64,000 bases of DNA from Octopus vulgaris (Eukaryota): NCBI GenBank assembly GCA_951406725.2, contig OX597831.1:6758001-6822000 (forward strand), written 5' to 3'. Position numbers and translations under genes: made by a program. The notes beneath the pieces are model-generated. The model had not been told where the DNA came from. It searched no databases and saw only the letters and a program-made list of their open reading frames with translations. Every line of letters begins with the position of its first letter. Within the stretch, counting starts at the first letter, position 1. This document shows, piece after piece, positions 1 through 13,514 of the stretch.

Positions 1-2344
1 AGTAAAGATTTTGACCGAATTATTTTCCAAATTTGAAACTAAGGCATTAGTTCGAGACCTGGGAATTAAGTCAAAGGTGCCAATTTTTAATCAATTTATC
101 TAAGTTTAGCAATTATAGCTGGATGTTGGGTCACGTGCAAATACAGTTCACCTGGAATTTATGAAAAAAACGAATGTTGGATAAGTTTTTCACATGTCTT
201 TATTTATATTTTATAAGGAAAACTGGAGAAAAACTTTCAAGAGTAAAACTTGAATTTTTTATTTTATTTTGATAGTGATTAATTTTGTATTAAATTTTTA
301 GTTGACAAAAAAAAATTGTAAATCAAACGAAAGAAATGTGTATCCCTGTTTAAGGGTGGCATGAAATGAAGTTAAACTTAGTCAAAGTGAAGAGGGGGGG
401 ATTCAATTAAGGCAAAGTTCATGTAACTATTGTCATAATTATCACAATTGTGTTTTATAATTAAGGGTGATGACAATAGCAAAAAATGTAATTTGTTTTT
501 AAATCTCTTCATTTGGTCTGCCATAAGCATATTCCCACTAAAACTGGTACAAACTGTAATTTTGAAAACTTCCTTGTTTGACAAACAAGAAATCAACATT
601 TTTGCATATGGCCCTGGGATACAGAAATCTGAAGTATGAAATAAGTGCAACTGTCCTTACATTTAAACTGCAATTATGAATTAAGTTCAACCATGAGCAC
701 TCTTTCAATGGTTATTAGCAGCAAATACAGGTATTTACAGGTCAGTTTCTTAGTAGGTACAGCTTAGCTGTGTGGCTAAGAAGGTTCCTTCATAACTATG
801 TAGTTTCAAGTTCAATCCCTCTGCAAGGTAACAGTCAACCAAAATCCATATGAATGAATTTGAACCAACCAGTTGTTAGTTGACTTAATCTGCTGCTTGG
901 TTAAACACCACCATTTAGTGAAGTTACTCTGGCAAGTATTAGGACTTCGTGTCTGTTGTGAGAATAACTTCTTGCCTTCCTGCTAGCAGTCGAACAGGCC
1001 CTTAAAAGGGGGTCAAGACTGCTACTCCTTTAACTTGGTGATAAAAAGTAAATTAGTTGATCTACATTTGAATTATCACCATGAAATATGGTTTTGAATT
1101 ATTTAGATTTTAGAAGAAAGTTTGATATAATTTTGATGCTACAGATTGAAGATCCAATTCTGTGTAAGTGCGAGTCATGAGAAAAATCAACGGGGCACTT
1201 TAAGAAGTGGAGTCTTCAATTGTTTATTAAATGGTCGCGTCCCAATAGGTCACAGCTGACCAGCTGCGACAAGAGGAGTAAAGGTTATAAATTAAAAAAA
1301 AAAAAATTCAAGAATAAGAGACATTAAGAAAATTAGTAAGAAATACACACACCACACAATCTATGGTAAGAAAAATCTCATTTAGTTACAAATTCTGAAA
1401 AAAGAAAAAAAACTTCTAACACATTTTAAAGAATCATTTTGGAAGTTATGTGTGTAAAAGAAAACATCTCATTTTATCAATGAGAACTTTTGCTATAGTC
1501 TTTAATTTTGCATGAATGTAGTGAGCACCTCAACGGCTACATAATATCAAACTGTACCCACTACAAGTATTATGTGTTATGTTCCTGGGCAAGGCACTTA
1601 TCACCAGTTTCCTTGAGGTCAAGCTACTGCCAGGCATGGGACTCCGTTCTTCTCAGGATCATACTGGCAAGACAAAAGGAGGGAATTCTGATGTCTGGCA
1701 AGCCAGGGTCTTAGATACCATTCTGCCCAAGTGTGTTTTGGAGGCACACACTGCCGTTTAGGGAAACAGAACGAAAGTTAAGAGATGTACAAAGTTAGGT
1801 ACTGACGTGGAATTATATGAAAAATAAGAAATATAAAGACATTATTCTTAGCAACTGATTAAATGTATCGGAAAGAATAAATGTAAATCACCAACAATCG
1901 TCCGTACGAAGTGGGATAAAAATTTGTTTTAGTAACGAGTTTGGCGAAATTTGTATTACAGGGGAGATAACTTCGCTAATCCAGAAATACTCAGGGACGC
2001 CTTCTGAAGGAAGAAAAGAGTGAAACGAAAACATCCTTTTCCCGACAAAAAACCCCAAATTGTTAAGTATTGGTTCCCTAAATTTTAAGTCTATCAAGTA
2101 ACAAGACAACAGTAAAGTCGTTTGATTGAACTTTCGAATTTATCAGTTGAATCAAACCAGACAAAAAGGGAATCATCTTAGCAACACTAGTTTGAAATAA
2201 AGAGAAAATTTCGTTTTTAGCTTTATATATTTCTTCACTTAAATGTCTGGTAAACGTATCGTATCACAGAGTAGCCAATAGTTATCTCCCCTGAAATATT
2301 TAAAATACGTGGCGGGGTGCATTTTTTTCCTTCCGTTTTCTTTT

Positions 2345-2715
2345 TTAAAATGACATTAACCACAATCCAAGAGAAAGAAGGAGGCAATGGCTTATGGCTG
2401 CAATCGATACTGTTGCTGTTCGTATAGCCTTTCCTTCAAGGCAACGTTTATAAATGAAGCCTCTGACTTCGATACAACTGTGAGCAGGGTCGCAACAATG
2501 CGATGTGTGCATACAGTCCCCCCATTCGTCAGCACAGCATCGTTGGTCGCTGCCACAGATCAGTCGGGTTACGCAGTGGTAGTCATAAATACAGGCGTAA
2601 TTCATTGGATTCTGAGTGCATCTGTAATTTGTTCCCGGATGTGCTTGGCTGCATTGGTGGCTGCAGCATTCGGAATCGTCGGAACAATCTTCATTCGACC
2701 ATTTGCATTTCGTTC
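2345..2715 (-). CDS. Terminal coding exon of a Cys-rich, probably GPI-anchored double-knottin-like protein (144 aa with the upstream exon)
   Basis: Acceptor ttttctAG at 2717-2716. The phase-1 frame reads (G)TKCKWSNEDCSDDSECCSHQCSQAHPGTNYRCTQNPMNYACIYDYHCVTRLICGSDQRCCADEWGDCMHTSHCCDPAHSCIEVRGFIYKRCLEGKAIRTATVSIAAISHCLLLSLGLWLMSF*. It has 16 regularly spaced ectodomain Cys and a hydrophobic C-terminus. Confidence 0.85.
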
Positions 2716-3111
2716 CTAGAAAACCAAAATGGAAGAAGATAAAATATTATTATTATTATTGTTTTAACTTCAGATAAACAACAAAATATATTTCATTTCA
2801 TGCATTCATTATCAAACTCCTTAGCTTGGAATATTCTGCAACAAATTTGGGTGTAGGTTAGAAAGATACTTTATAAAGCCAGTATAGGCAGCAGTACGAC
2901 CCAGGAGGCAACGTATGCTGGTACTTAAACCTAGGAATGAAATGGTTTACATGTTATGAAAGTATTACAAAAAAACGGATTAAAAGAGTTGAAAAGATAA
3001 GCAAGCTAATTCAATCCTTCGTTAGTAAGAGTAGACATTTGATAAATCACGCTGTTCTAGGGATTATTTCTAACATAGTCCCAAGGTGACAGATTACATT
3101 CTTTTTGGTGG

Positions 3112-3748
3112 AGGCATGCCTGTGAAACGGTTACGCACGCCTTCGTAGACTGTGTGAGGAGTTGAGGGAGTTGATGGCCTTTGACGAACAACTGTTGTCG
3201 GATGCAGAAAGAGTACGACTCTCGTCTGAGTCCATGATAAAGATTCTACCACCTTCCTCTTTCGCCAAAAGAAAAGAAGGTAGCTTTTCTCTGCGTAGTA
3301 ACCATACTAAAAGATGTGGCATGGAAGACGCGAGCAAAAGGGATTGCGACAGGTCAATTCATCTCCGGGCGTGGGCTGGTGAATTACTTTGCTACGCATC
3401 TGTCCAGCAAGATCCGTCTGGAGAGGAGGAGCCTGCCGCAAAGAGCGTTTGGAAAAAGATGGACGTCAGTGGTAAGAAAGATGAGAAAGCCCTAGGCTGT
3501 GCTTGCATAAAAGGAAGGAAAAAGATTACCAAAAGGGATAACCAACCGGCGGGTTAACTCACTAACCCGGACCCAAAACTCATCCGATCATGATTTATAT
3601 TTATATTTTTAACCCCCATTCACAATATATGTAAATCCATCCTGTTTTTCACACTGTATGTAAGAAGCGAGTTTGTACCCTGAATGTCCCTTGTCTGTCC
3701 TGGTAATGTCCCCTCTATGTAAAACCTTTATAGGTTAATAAAGAAATA
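3112..3748 (+). mobile_element. 5'-truncated non-LTR retrotransposon 3' end (Tx1/L1-like)
   Basis: Degenerate ORF2 C-terminus-like sequence (..GLVNYFATHLSSKIRLERR..KRW), 3' UTR with AATAAA, and a 12-bp target-site duplication tctttttggtgg at 3100-3111 and 3749-3760. Confidence 0.6.
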
Positions 3749-4714
3749 TCTTTTTGGTGGGGGAGAAGGAAGGAGTTAACTGATTAAATCAATCACAATA
3801 GTTGACTGATGCTTCATTGAATCGACCCTGGAAGGATAAAAGGCAAAAATTAACCAAGGCATGATTTGAAATCAGAACAAAGAGTTATAATTAAATACCA
3901 CAAAGCATTTGTCTGACTCTTTAACAATTCTGACAATTCACAGCCCTTACTCTAGACACGAGAGCCAGCAATTTTAAGTGAAGGGACTCCATTAAGACTA
4001 GTGGCCCCCAGTACTTTCATTGGTTCTTTCTTTTATCAACCTTGGAGATCTGTGAAAAGCAAAGACGATTCTATGGCTGGATTCCTTTCCTAATGCCAAC
4101 CACTCCAAGAGTGTAATGGGTGCTTTTACATGCTTCTAGCATGGGTGCCATTTGCGTGACCCCAGTATCTGCCACAACTACAATTTTATTTGAACTGACA
4201 GGTCTTCTTCTCTAGCATGACATAATGCCAAAGGTCTTGGTCGTTCGTCATTGCCTCCAGGAGGCCCAACGTATGAAAGTTGCCTTTTATGTGACACAAG
4301 CATCAGCCACAACGATTTCACTTGGCTTGATGGGTTTTCTCGAGCACAGCATATCACCAAAGATTCTCGGTCACTAGTCATATACATACATATATATATA
4401 TATATAATCAATTAGCATTGGTGTGAGTCCAGCAACACCTCTGTTCTACCAATACATTCTAGAAAAACCTAAGAGTGATGTCAGAATAGAAATTCCATCT
4501 CCACACTGTTGGACAAGTTGTTAAAAGATGTTTGAGAGTGTGAACGTGATCCAAATGAATAGGCTTGCTTCCAATTTGTACATAGAGGCCAAGAACTTCA
4601 GCTGGGCAAAGACACACTCGGAACTCAGTGTCATTCTGCAACTGCAGGGTTTCTTCATCAACCCTAGGCAACATCACCTTTTGCAGTATTAAATGGTATT
4701 AATCATATATAAAT

Positions 4715-5255
4715 CAAATCAAAATCAAATTCGATGACTGGCGCAAAGAGCACCATACGAGTGTGATCGTTGACAGAGCGGCTAATCGGCTTCCGTGCCA
4801 GTGGCACTTAAAAGGCACCATTCGAGTGTGATTGTTACCAGTGTTGCCTTACTGGCACTCGAGCCCTGTGCTGGTAGGTTATTAAGAGCACCATCCGAGC
4901 ATGATTGTTGCCAGAGTGGCTATCTGGCCTCCGTGCCAGTGGCACATAAAAGACACCAATTGAGCGTGGTCATTACCAGCATCGCCTTACTGGCACCTGT
5001 GCCGGTGGCATGCGTAAAAGATTCAAGCGAGGTCGTTGCCAGTATTGACTGACTGGCCCTGTGCCAGTAGCACATAAAAAGCACCCACTACACTCTCGGA
5101 GTGGTTGGCGTTAGGAATGGCATCCAGCTGTAGAAACTCTGCCAGATCAAGATTGGATCCTGGTACAGCCATTTGGTTCACCAGCCCTCAGTCAAACCGT
5201 CCAACCCATGCTTGCATGGAAAGCAGACGTTAAATGAGGATGATGATGAAATAAT
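4715..5255 (+). mobile_element. Abundant SINE-like repeat with (GAT)n tail and internal ~60-bp subrepeats
   Basis: Shares the core cacccactacactctcggagtggttggcgttagg...ccaacccatgctagcatgg...gatgatgat with copies at about 12305-12472 (-), 17085-17302 and 17930-18160. Confidence 0.75.
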
Positions 5256-6042
5256 GATGATTTGCATATTTACTCTTCACACATTCTGCAAAATCTGAGT
5301 GCAGATATGCTAATTGCTGTTGTACATCACAGGGGAACAGTTTCTCCTTTTCACATCAACCGTGTTCATCATATTCATTTGATTCAGTGGTGCAAAGGAT
5401 TCTGGGACATTGGTGTTTCGCTACCTTCTGTCTCATCAGCCAGAAGAACCTGCACCTTCAACTCTAAACAAAAGCTGATGGCTTTGTTTATAATTTCAGT
5501 GAACAAATTGTTTGCTGATTCGTGCTGGTATTTGTCAACAAATAAAATTTTTATCAGAATGTATTAAGAATAAATACACAAGTCATCATTTCAGATCTTG
5601 CTGTTCACAGTGCATAGACAGCTATTTTAATTTAACACTGCTTCTATTGCATATAACAGATTTTTATTCAGCTCGGCACCTCTTCAATATCAGTGAACAC
5701 TATTCCTTATTTCCTGTACATCAGAATTGACAATTCTTGTCCAAATCTATCAAGGCTGAAAATGCATTTTGCATTCCTGCTTGATGCTGCTGGAGTGATT
5801 TTTGTCTCCTTCCAATATACATTCTGTTTTTTAAAATGGCACATCCATAAAAAGGTGTTATTTCAGTAAATTGCCTTCCAATGATGTATTGCATTAAGTA
5901 TGATACATAGATAGGTAATACATGCTCTATGTTCAATGATTAAGCGTTCTCTGTTAAATTCTGCAGCAAAAGAAATGATTATCATTGTCAGTAGGCAGAA
6001 ATGTCTAACACAGACAGGCAAGAAAAATGAAGATAAACTTAC

Positions 6043-6106
6043 CAGCTGGAACCTGCAGAATTAGGGCCATGAAGATGGCCAGCTGGAGTAATCTTTGATA
6101 TATCAT
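6043..6106 (-). CDS. Signal-peptide exon of the Cys-rich protein (MIYQRLLQLAIFMALILQVPA-G)
   Basis: ATG at 6106-6104, a hydrophobic 21-aa signal-like peptide, and a consensus donor G|GTAAGT at 6043/6042. The donor is phase 1, matching the phase-1 acceptor at 2715. A good upstream acceptor (tttttcttttgtAG, 6344-6343) defines an exon 6043-6342 with 5' UTR. Confidence 0.75.
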
Positions 6107-6386
6107 AGTGATGATGATGATGATGATGTTGGTGGTAAGAATGACAGTGGAAATGTTGGAGAACTGTGCAGAATCTGCATTGCCACAGACAGTGGTAGAT
6201 TTGAAGGTTGCTCTGATGTCAGCCTGTCCGAGTGGTTGTATTACAACAAAGAAGTACAAAGAAGGATGTGCTTATCACAACAAAGGTGGGATGCTTGGAC
6301 TGTTCACAGGACTATTACTCACGCTAGTATTCAGGTAAACATCTACAAAAGAAAAAGACCATCATTGTTATCTCAGATGATGATGA

Positions 6387-6750
6387 TGATTGAGTGGGAG
6401 AGCAGTGGATGCCATCAAAGTGACACTGGAGTACAAATATATGAAGCCCAACGTATCCATCACAACCATACGTGTGTGACATGGTGATCTCATATCAAGA
6501 GAAATAGTACATGACCTTCAAGCTGGGGCCCAGTTAGAGTTTTCTTCAGGTTGAATAGCCCATCCTGCTCAAAAGGTTCCTGAATAAGGTTTATTTAAGG
6601 ATGATGAACAAAACACTCATGTTTCCAGGAGTGAATTATTCAAACCCCAAAGAATCTCTCTCAACACATGGCTATGATGCTCCCCACTACTTCTGCTCAT
6701 GATCAGAGATGCACATAGCATCAGCCACTAAGGGACATGCTCAACTGACA
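6387..6750 (-). mobile_element. Copy of the repeat also found at 29345-29850 (associated with R4/Dong-like LINE ends)
   Basis: Near-identical blocks (gagcagt..gccatcaaagtgacactgg; aaaccccaaagaatctctctcaacacatggctatgatgctccccactac) are shared with 29345-29700. Confidence 0.65.
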
Positions 6751-7529
6751 CTCACATCATTTGACAGATGTTTTATTTTACCCATCTCTCATCCTTCATA
6801 CACCACACCTGACTGAAACAGAGCAATCATCTCTCTTACAACTCACTACGGCTTATTTCTCCACTTCTGACCTGTTCTGATGCAAACATTACACAACCAT
6901 CAAAATATGCTGCCCTCATTTCTTCCCAGCTTTCACACACCATCCACATTCAATCTGCATGTCTTGCCATATCAAAATCACAATTCAATTCAATGTCAGT
7001 TCAATATTGTAGGATGATAATGTTGGAGATGACTAAATCTCTCTTGATTCCATAGACTGATGAGGTTGGAAGTTCTTTGGATTTTCACTGAGAGTACAAG
7101 GCCCACCTCTGACTTTGATGCAAGACTGTCACAGACTAATCCCTACAACTGGGACTCAATATTAGCAGATGGACTGAGATAATGGGAAATGAAGTACCTT
7201 GCTTAAGGACACAATACATTTTCTGGCCTGAGAATTGAACCTGCAACCTACAGCCTAACCACTTAGCCATGAGATTTCACTGTTGGGGACCTGGTACAAG
7301 ATAATTTAGCTCTGATAAGAATAATGATTCAGAGGGAGGGGGTCAGTTGATATTATTGACCCTACTACTTGAATGGTACCTTATTTATTGACCCCAGAAA
7401 AATGAAATGCAAAACTGACCTTGGTGGGATTTGAACTCAGAATATGAAGAACCAGAACAAATACTGCAAGGTATTTTTCTAACACATTAACGATTCTGCT
7501 AGCTTGCCACCTTAGAACTGACGATTTAA

Positions 7530-7750
7530 CCCTTTCGTTACTGTACTTATTTTGAGATGCTCTGTGTTTCTTTTAATTACTTTAGATATAACAAAGAATT
7601 TCGTAAAATAACTTAGTTATCATTAAGCTAGTGTTAGGAACATAAATTGTGACTAAGATTTGGTGGAAGATTTTAATTCAAAACTTATGAAAACAAGACA
7701 TTTGTACTACAGAGCCAGCGCTGGTTTCAGCCGGGTTGGTAACGAAAGGC
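7530..7750. mobile_element. piggyBac-type MITE
   Basis: TTAA on both sides (7526-7529, 7751-7754). Terminal inverted repeats ccctttcgttac / gtaacgaaaggc. Confidence 0.75.
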
Positions 7751-8357
7751 TTAAATGCTATCTGTATGAAGTAGTTTCTGAAATAATTTGCCATAGTTTT
7801 GCATAATGAAGTGAAACTGTTTGGCATGCACCTGGCTGTCCAGTTCCCGATTCTTAGAGAAAGAACTCTATGGTACTCTTATGTATCTCTTTCTGTCTTT
7901 GAAAATAACAATGTAAAGATACTACAGAATGTTAGCTTTCATACCAACCACAGCACTGTCATATAACAATCCTGACATGATTTTCCAAAGACAAAATAGG
8001 TTAATGGTCAATTTAACAATACTGAGTGACTGCAATGTGGAGCAGAAATGAGCTGAAAAGCTGAGGAATTCCAAGAACTTAGCAGCTTTTGAATTAAACA
8101 CATAATGGCAAATAAAGACTGTATAAATCTTTACATTTGTCATAGTAAATAAATAACACCACCACCACCACTTATGTCATTATATTGACAATTCCCTGTC
8201 AAAGACAGACATTGGTACATTCTAGAAAACAGCAATGTTAATATCTGTAAATACTACTGGAACTTCTTGAACATTCTCCAACTCTGTTATGGAACACTGA
8301 GCATGTTTTAGGTATAGGTATGGCTGTGTGTTAAGGAATTTGCTTCTCAAACATATA

Positions 8358-8778
8358 AGTTAAGTTAAGTTAATTTTTTGGCTCAAAAAGCAAGGCCATA
8401 TAGGGGGACAGGGAGGGTGTTCATGCAAAGAGTTCAGGCCATTTCTGGTCAAGAGAGACTTTGAACCGAGCGGTCATCAGCATCTTCACTATCTCGTCTG
8501 GCAGCTTATTCCACGGATCCGCAATCCCAGACGGAGAAAGCCCCTCTCCTTTGATTGAGATGAAATCGTCGCAGATAGAGCTTTTCGGAGTGACCCCGCA
8601 GCCGACGCTCTGAAGCAGGAGTGAAGAACAGCTCTTTCGAGAGGTTACACTTCCCGCTTATGATGTTGTGAGCAAGAATGAGATCACCACGGCGGCGGCG
8701 TTTTTTTAGAGAATAAAGGTCGAGCGTCTTCAGCCTTTCTTCATAAGACAAATGCTTGAGACCAAGAACCATGCGGGT
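8358..8778 (-). mobile_element. CR1/L2-type LINE 3' fragment nested in a SINE
   Basis: LKHLSYEERLKTLDLYSLKKRRRRGDLI..LRGHSEKL is a typical CR1/L2 RT C-terminus, with a (TTAAC)n tail. It interrupts a tRNA-SINE head, with catat on both sides. Confidence 0.85.
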
Positions 8779-10479
8779 TCATATGGTTCTGGGGTTCAGT
8801 CTTTTTGCATGGTACCTTGGGCAAGTGTCTTCTACTATAGCCTTGGAACCAACCAAAGCCTTGTGATTGGATTTGGTAGATGGAAACTGAAAGAAGCCCA
8901 TCATAAAATATCATCATCATTTAGCATCTGATTTCTGTGTTGGATGGCTTGACTGAGACTGGATTCCAATCTAGTTTGGCATGGTTTTTATGGTTGGATG
9001 CCCCTCCTAGCACCAACCACTCCAAGAGTGTAGTGGGTATGTGTGTGTGTCTTTGTTGTTACCCCCACCACCATATAACAACCGGTGTAGGTGCATTTAC
9101 ATCCCTGTAACTTAGCAATTTGAGAAAAGAGACTGATACAAGCACCAGGCTTTGAAATATAAGTCCTGGGGTCAATTTGCTTGATTAAAATTCTTCAAGG
9201 TGGTGCCCCAGTATGGCCACAAACTAATGACTGAAACAAGTAAAAAATAAAAAAAAATGTTTCTCATGTTGTACATAGTTCTGTGGTCAAGACGTTTGCT
9301 TTGTAACAGTCTTGTTTTAGGTTCAATCCCTCTGGGTGGAAGTTTAAGCAATTGTCTTTTATATAAAGCTTTGGATTGTCCAAAACCTTATAAACGAAAT
9401 TTTATTGATGGAAACTGTGTTGAAGCCTGCTCAGAGGACAATTTCTTGTTGGTGGGGTGGGGGTGAGGGGTTAGACTTATTCCATTGCCCAGTTCAACAT
9501 CATCACGAGTCCCAAAGATGGCACATTTAACAGAATCTGTTTAGCAGTAAGCCTTTTGGCTAGGTCTTTGATCCAAGGGTAACTTCCTCCCAACTTTGTC
9601 AAAGACCCTGAAAAGGGTCAGAGAGGATCTTTCCTTCTCTGATGAAACATTTAAACAACCCTCAAAAGTTCTTGATCTATTTTACAAACAGTGAATAATA
9701 AAGGTAATATCTAAAGACAATAGCAATGATTTCCTGTGTAGAAGAGGGGAGCATTGATTAAATAGATCCCAGTATATAACTGGTACAAATTTCTACAGTT
9801 GAATACATTTGTGAAACAAAATATAGGTTTATGGAAATTTTTTTTAACACTAGAAGACAGACAATTTAAAATACAAATATATTTGTATGTGTGTGTGATT
9901 TATACAGCAAAAAGAGAGATTTTTGTTTGAGACTAAATTTCTCAGAGAATGGCTCCTTAGATGTTTTGGTGTACAGGAGTGTGTTAGAAAAAATGTACAC
10001 ATCATTATGTTAACCGTCACTACTTTGTGTGCTTATACTAAATAAATTCCAGCTTGATACACCAACGCATTGTTTACTGTTTCTTATATTTAAGGCATTG
10101 TGTAGTTAAGAAGCTTACTTTGCAACCATGTGATTTCAAGTTCAATCCCATTGCATGCCATCTTCTACCATAACCCTGCATCACTATCTCCATAACAGCT
10201 CAGCCAGATTTCTTTTATAGCTACTCTTTACTCTGCAGACTTAGTCTTTGATAAAGATTTTGGAGTGTAAATTTAAATCATTTGAGTATTGCTACATATT
10301 TTCTGAGCATTTCTGGACCATCATCATCATTATTATTATTATTACTATTATCATATATATAATATATATATGGCTCCCTCTTCATGGCGGGAGCTAAAAC
10401 CGTAGCCTCCATGTATGCCATGGAAGCCCCTGGCATGTTGTCCAACATGTCCACTGAAGTCACCAGCCACAAAGAGAAG

Positions 10480-10975
10480 GTCCCTGTCATTTGTCAGCAC
10501 GGTAGTCTGCAAGAGGGTGTCATAGAATCAGTCTTTCTGTCCATCAGGTAGCCCTGGCTGAGAGGCATAGGCCGAGAGAATGGTTGCTAGCCCATGATGG
10601 AGCACTAATCTAATCTTAAGTATTCTGTCGCATACTCTGACCACCTCAATTACCTTATCTACCCATTTCTTCGCAAGAAGTATACCCACGCCCCCAGCCC
10701 CGTCAGTGTTCCCTGCCCAGAAAATCTTGTACCTGTGTTCTTTGCCTGTAAGGAACCTAGTAGAACCTCCTCACCACCTTACTTCTTGGATGCAGCACAT
10801 ATCAACACATCTCCGTTCAAGCATCTCAACAATCTCATCAGACCTACCTTTCAGTGTGCCAACATTGAGAGTGCCAACCCTGAGGGTGTGGGAGGTATGG
10901 GCCCTTGAGACCCCAGGGCGGTGGACAGTGGCGTCATGTACCTGAAAAGAGAGCTCGCATTTGGCAGAATTCATA
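10480..10975 (-). mobile_element. RTE-clade LINE fragment, AP-endonuclease N-terminus
   Basis: LRVGTLNVGTLKGRSDEIVEMLERRCVDMCCIQEVRW matches the APE-endonuclease motifs NV..L and xQE.RW. Confidence 0.85.
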
Positions 10976-12169
10976 AACAAACAATAGTCTTAAGTTCAAC
11001 CTGTGTACACTACACTATCATATTTTGCACTGTATGATCACTACCTTATATAGTAGGGATGGGGATGGCGTAAGGCCTTTAGAAATGTTCATGAGAGACA
11101 ATCAAAGGAGGATAAAAAAGTAGGGGCTTCCGGTGGAGGGGTGGGAGGGCGAGAGCACCACGAACTAGCAAGTATAGATGAGCGCATCTCCAGGGTACAT
11201 ATTCTTTAAGAGAGACATAGTAAGACAGAGAGAAGGGGGTCAGGATACGAGGGAGAAATATATAATTTGGGATTTGAGTGGCATAGTTAATTTAATGAGA
11301 CAGCAAATGTTGATAATTTTAATTAGAATTGAAGAATCAGAGAGCCAGTCTAAGACAAAATTAGAACCGAATGAGTGTGTGATAAACTTTCACAGATGAG
11401 TGAATGAATATGTTGCAGTTAAAGAAATGCGTGAGCTAAGGTTATCTTAAGGGAACAACAAGTAAGATGAAACTATAGAACTATATTTACATGATGACAT
11501 GGTGCTGAAATAGACAGAATAGAAAGAATTAAGAAAAGGTTTATGATATGCGCAGAAACAGAATGTGGGCATCATCTGGGATTCGTATTTTACAGCCAAG
11601 GTATTTATATTTAAAAAATCTCCATGTATTGAGTGCATATTTCTTTGTTTGTTGAGACAGATATTAACATTCACCAATATATCATCAGTTAATGTCCCCT
11701 TTTTCCATACAAGCATGGGGTCATACTGAATTTGTTGAGATACATTTTTCCTGTTGCCAACTGTCACCTGTTTCAAAGGAAGGTCATATTTTCTCGTGGC
11801 TAGACAAGATTTTCTGTGGAAGAAAGAAATCAAACAACCCCGCTTGTTTGATGGTGATGCTTGTTTACAACCATCACATGATATCAGGACAATGTCATAC
11901 GTGCACAGTTATGTCCACAGTTATTGGTTACCTGATGTCATCATACAGTGGAAATGCTAGGAATTCCAGAGCATCTGTAGGGTTCATATAAACAGACTAG
12001 CACTATGACCCTGCATGCATACATACAAGCGAGTACTGTCCAAATCTCCGACCAATCACTTACAGCTAGCTGGCATTCAATTGGCGTATCAAGTTTCGGG
12101 CATTTTGATTGGGTTTTGAATAGAAAATTCACAAAAAAGGTCACTTCTATTGATTTTTTAATGGCTTTG

Positions 12170-12656
12170 CGGGGTGACTGGGGAAATGTAAAGATGTGCA
12201 CAACCACCCTTGGACGGTTTTGAATGACCAAAGAAAGTGCGAGCCCTCTAACTGAAAAATTGGGGATTTGTATAAAGGACACACACACATTTTGCCATTT
12301 ATATCATCATCAGCATCATCATCATCGTTTAACGTCCGCTTTCCATGCTAGCATGGGTTGGACGGTTCAACTGGGGTCTGGCACGCTCGAAGGCTGCACC
12401 AGGCCAGTCAGATCTGGCAGTGTTTCTACAGCTGGATGCCCTTCCTAACGCCAACCACTCCGAGAGTGTAGTAAAAATTATCTGTCAGATATATATAGAG
12501 ATTTACCGGGTGACTGGGGATATGTAAAGATGTGCATGACCACCCTTGGATGGTTTTGAATGACCATAGAAAGTGTGAGCCCTCTAACTGAGAAATTGGG
12601 GATTTGTATAAAGGACACACACACACACACACAGACATTTTGCCATTTATATATAT
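12170..12656 (+). repeat. Duplicated ~135-bp repeat end (about 12172-12304 and 12508-12656) with a SINE fragment between the copies
   Basis: gggtgactgggga.atgtaaagatgtgca..accacccttgga.ggttttgaatgacca...aattggggatttgtataaaggacacacac occurs twice. Confidence 0.8.
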
Positions 12657-13472
12657 AGAAATGACAGAAAATGGAATGAACGAGAGGCTTTATTTAAAAC
12701 CAGTTCAATTGTTTCGACACATTTCTACACTTGTAATACATTGGTGAGACGTGTAATCACTGTCATCAATCCAAAGTGTAAAAGTGCCTCCTCAGGTGAT
12801 TGTTTAAATAAATCCCTCATTAAATCCACCATCATTTCACATCAATTAGTAATTAGTGTCTACGACTACTATGAGTGGTCACTCATGCTGTAAATCTCTC
12901 TGTGGGTAACTCTGTGTTCATTTCTCTGGATTGTAATATTATCGGGAGTGTATAAGGATATAGATCTATATGGAGACTGGTACATCCTCTCAACTTATTT
13001 CCTTTTATTTTACAATTTCATATTTTCTTGGTTATGACACCCTACACGTGTTTCCACTGCACAGATGCACATGCAACCAGGCATGATTTTCTGTGCAACT
13101 TTGTTCAGGCTCTCTCCACCAGCTAATCACATTTGTTGTTCATGATGAGAGAATCTATCATCATCATCACATTTCTTTGATGAAATTTGCTCATGTTACA
13201 TAAATGCATATTTAATGTACAAATTTGTAATTAAATTATTGAGTATTAATTGAAATGACTGTAAGAAGCGAAGATAACCAATTTGTTAATAATAAATAAT
13301 TGTTAACTTCCTTATCTCCATTTGCTTTCCTTCTTTTAACTGGATGTAAACTATATGCTTGGTATATACCGATTGTTTTAAGGGAATTTCATTCCCCAAC
13401 AATACTAGGTATTGAACCAGTATTCCCTTGGATGCAACCTTCATGAGGTTAACATATCCTCTAATTAAATGT

Positions 13473-13505
<33 letters not shown>

Positions 13506-13514
13506 GATATAGAT

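Noticed and set aside
2345-2715. Calling the Cys-rich protein a conotoxin or venom toxin
   Set aside because: Only the Cys framework is shared. There is no conotoxin-type propeptide, and the hydrophobic C-terminus suggests membrane anchoring.
2387-2742. Plus-strand ORFs of 110 and 79 aa
   Set aside because: Antisense shadows of the Cys-rich minus-strand exon, which has the splice signals and the coherent motif pattern.
6107-6259. In-frame N-terminal extension MYFFVVIQ... of the knottin gene
   Set aside because: It runs through an (ATC)n microsatellite and would bury the signal peptide. The ATG at 6106 fits better, although upstream initiation is not excluded.
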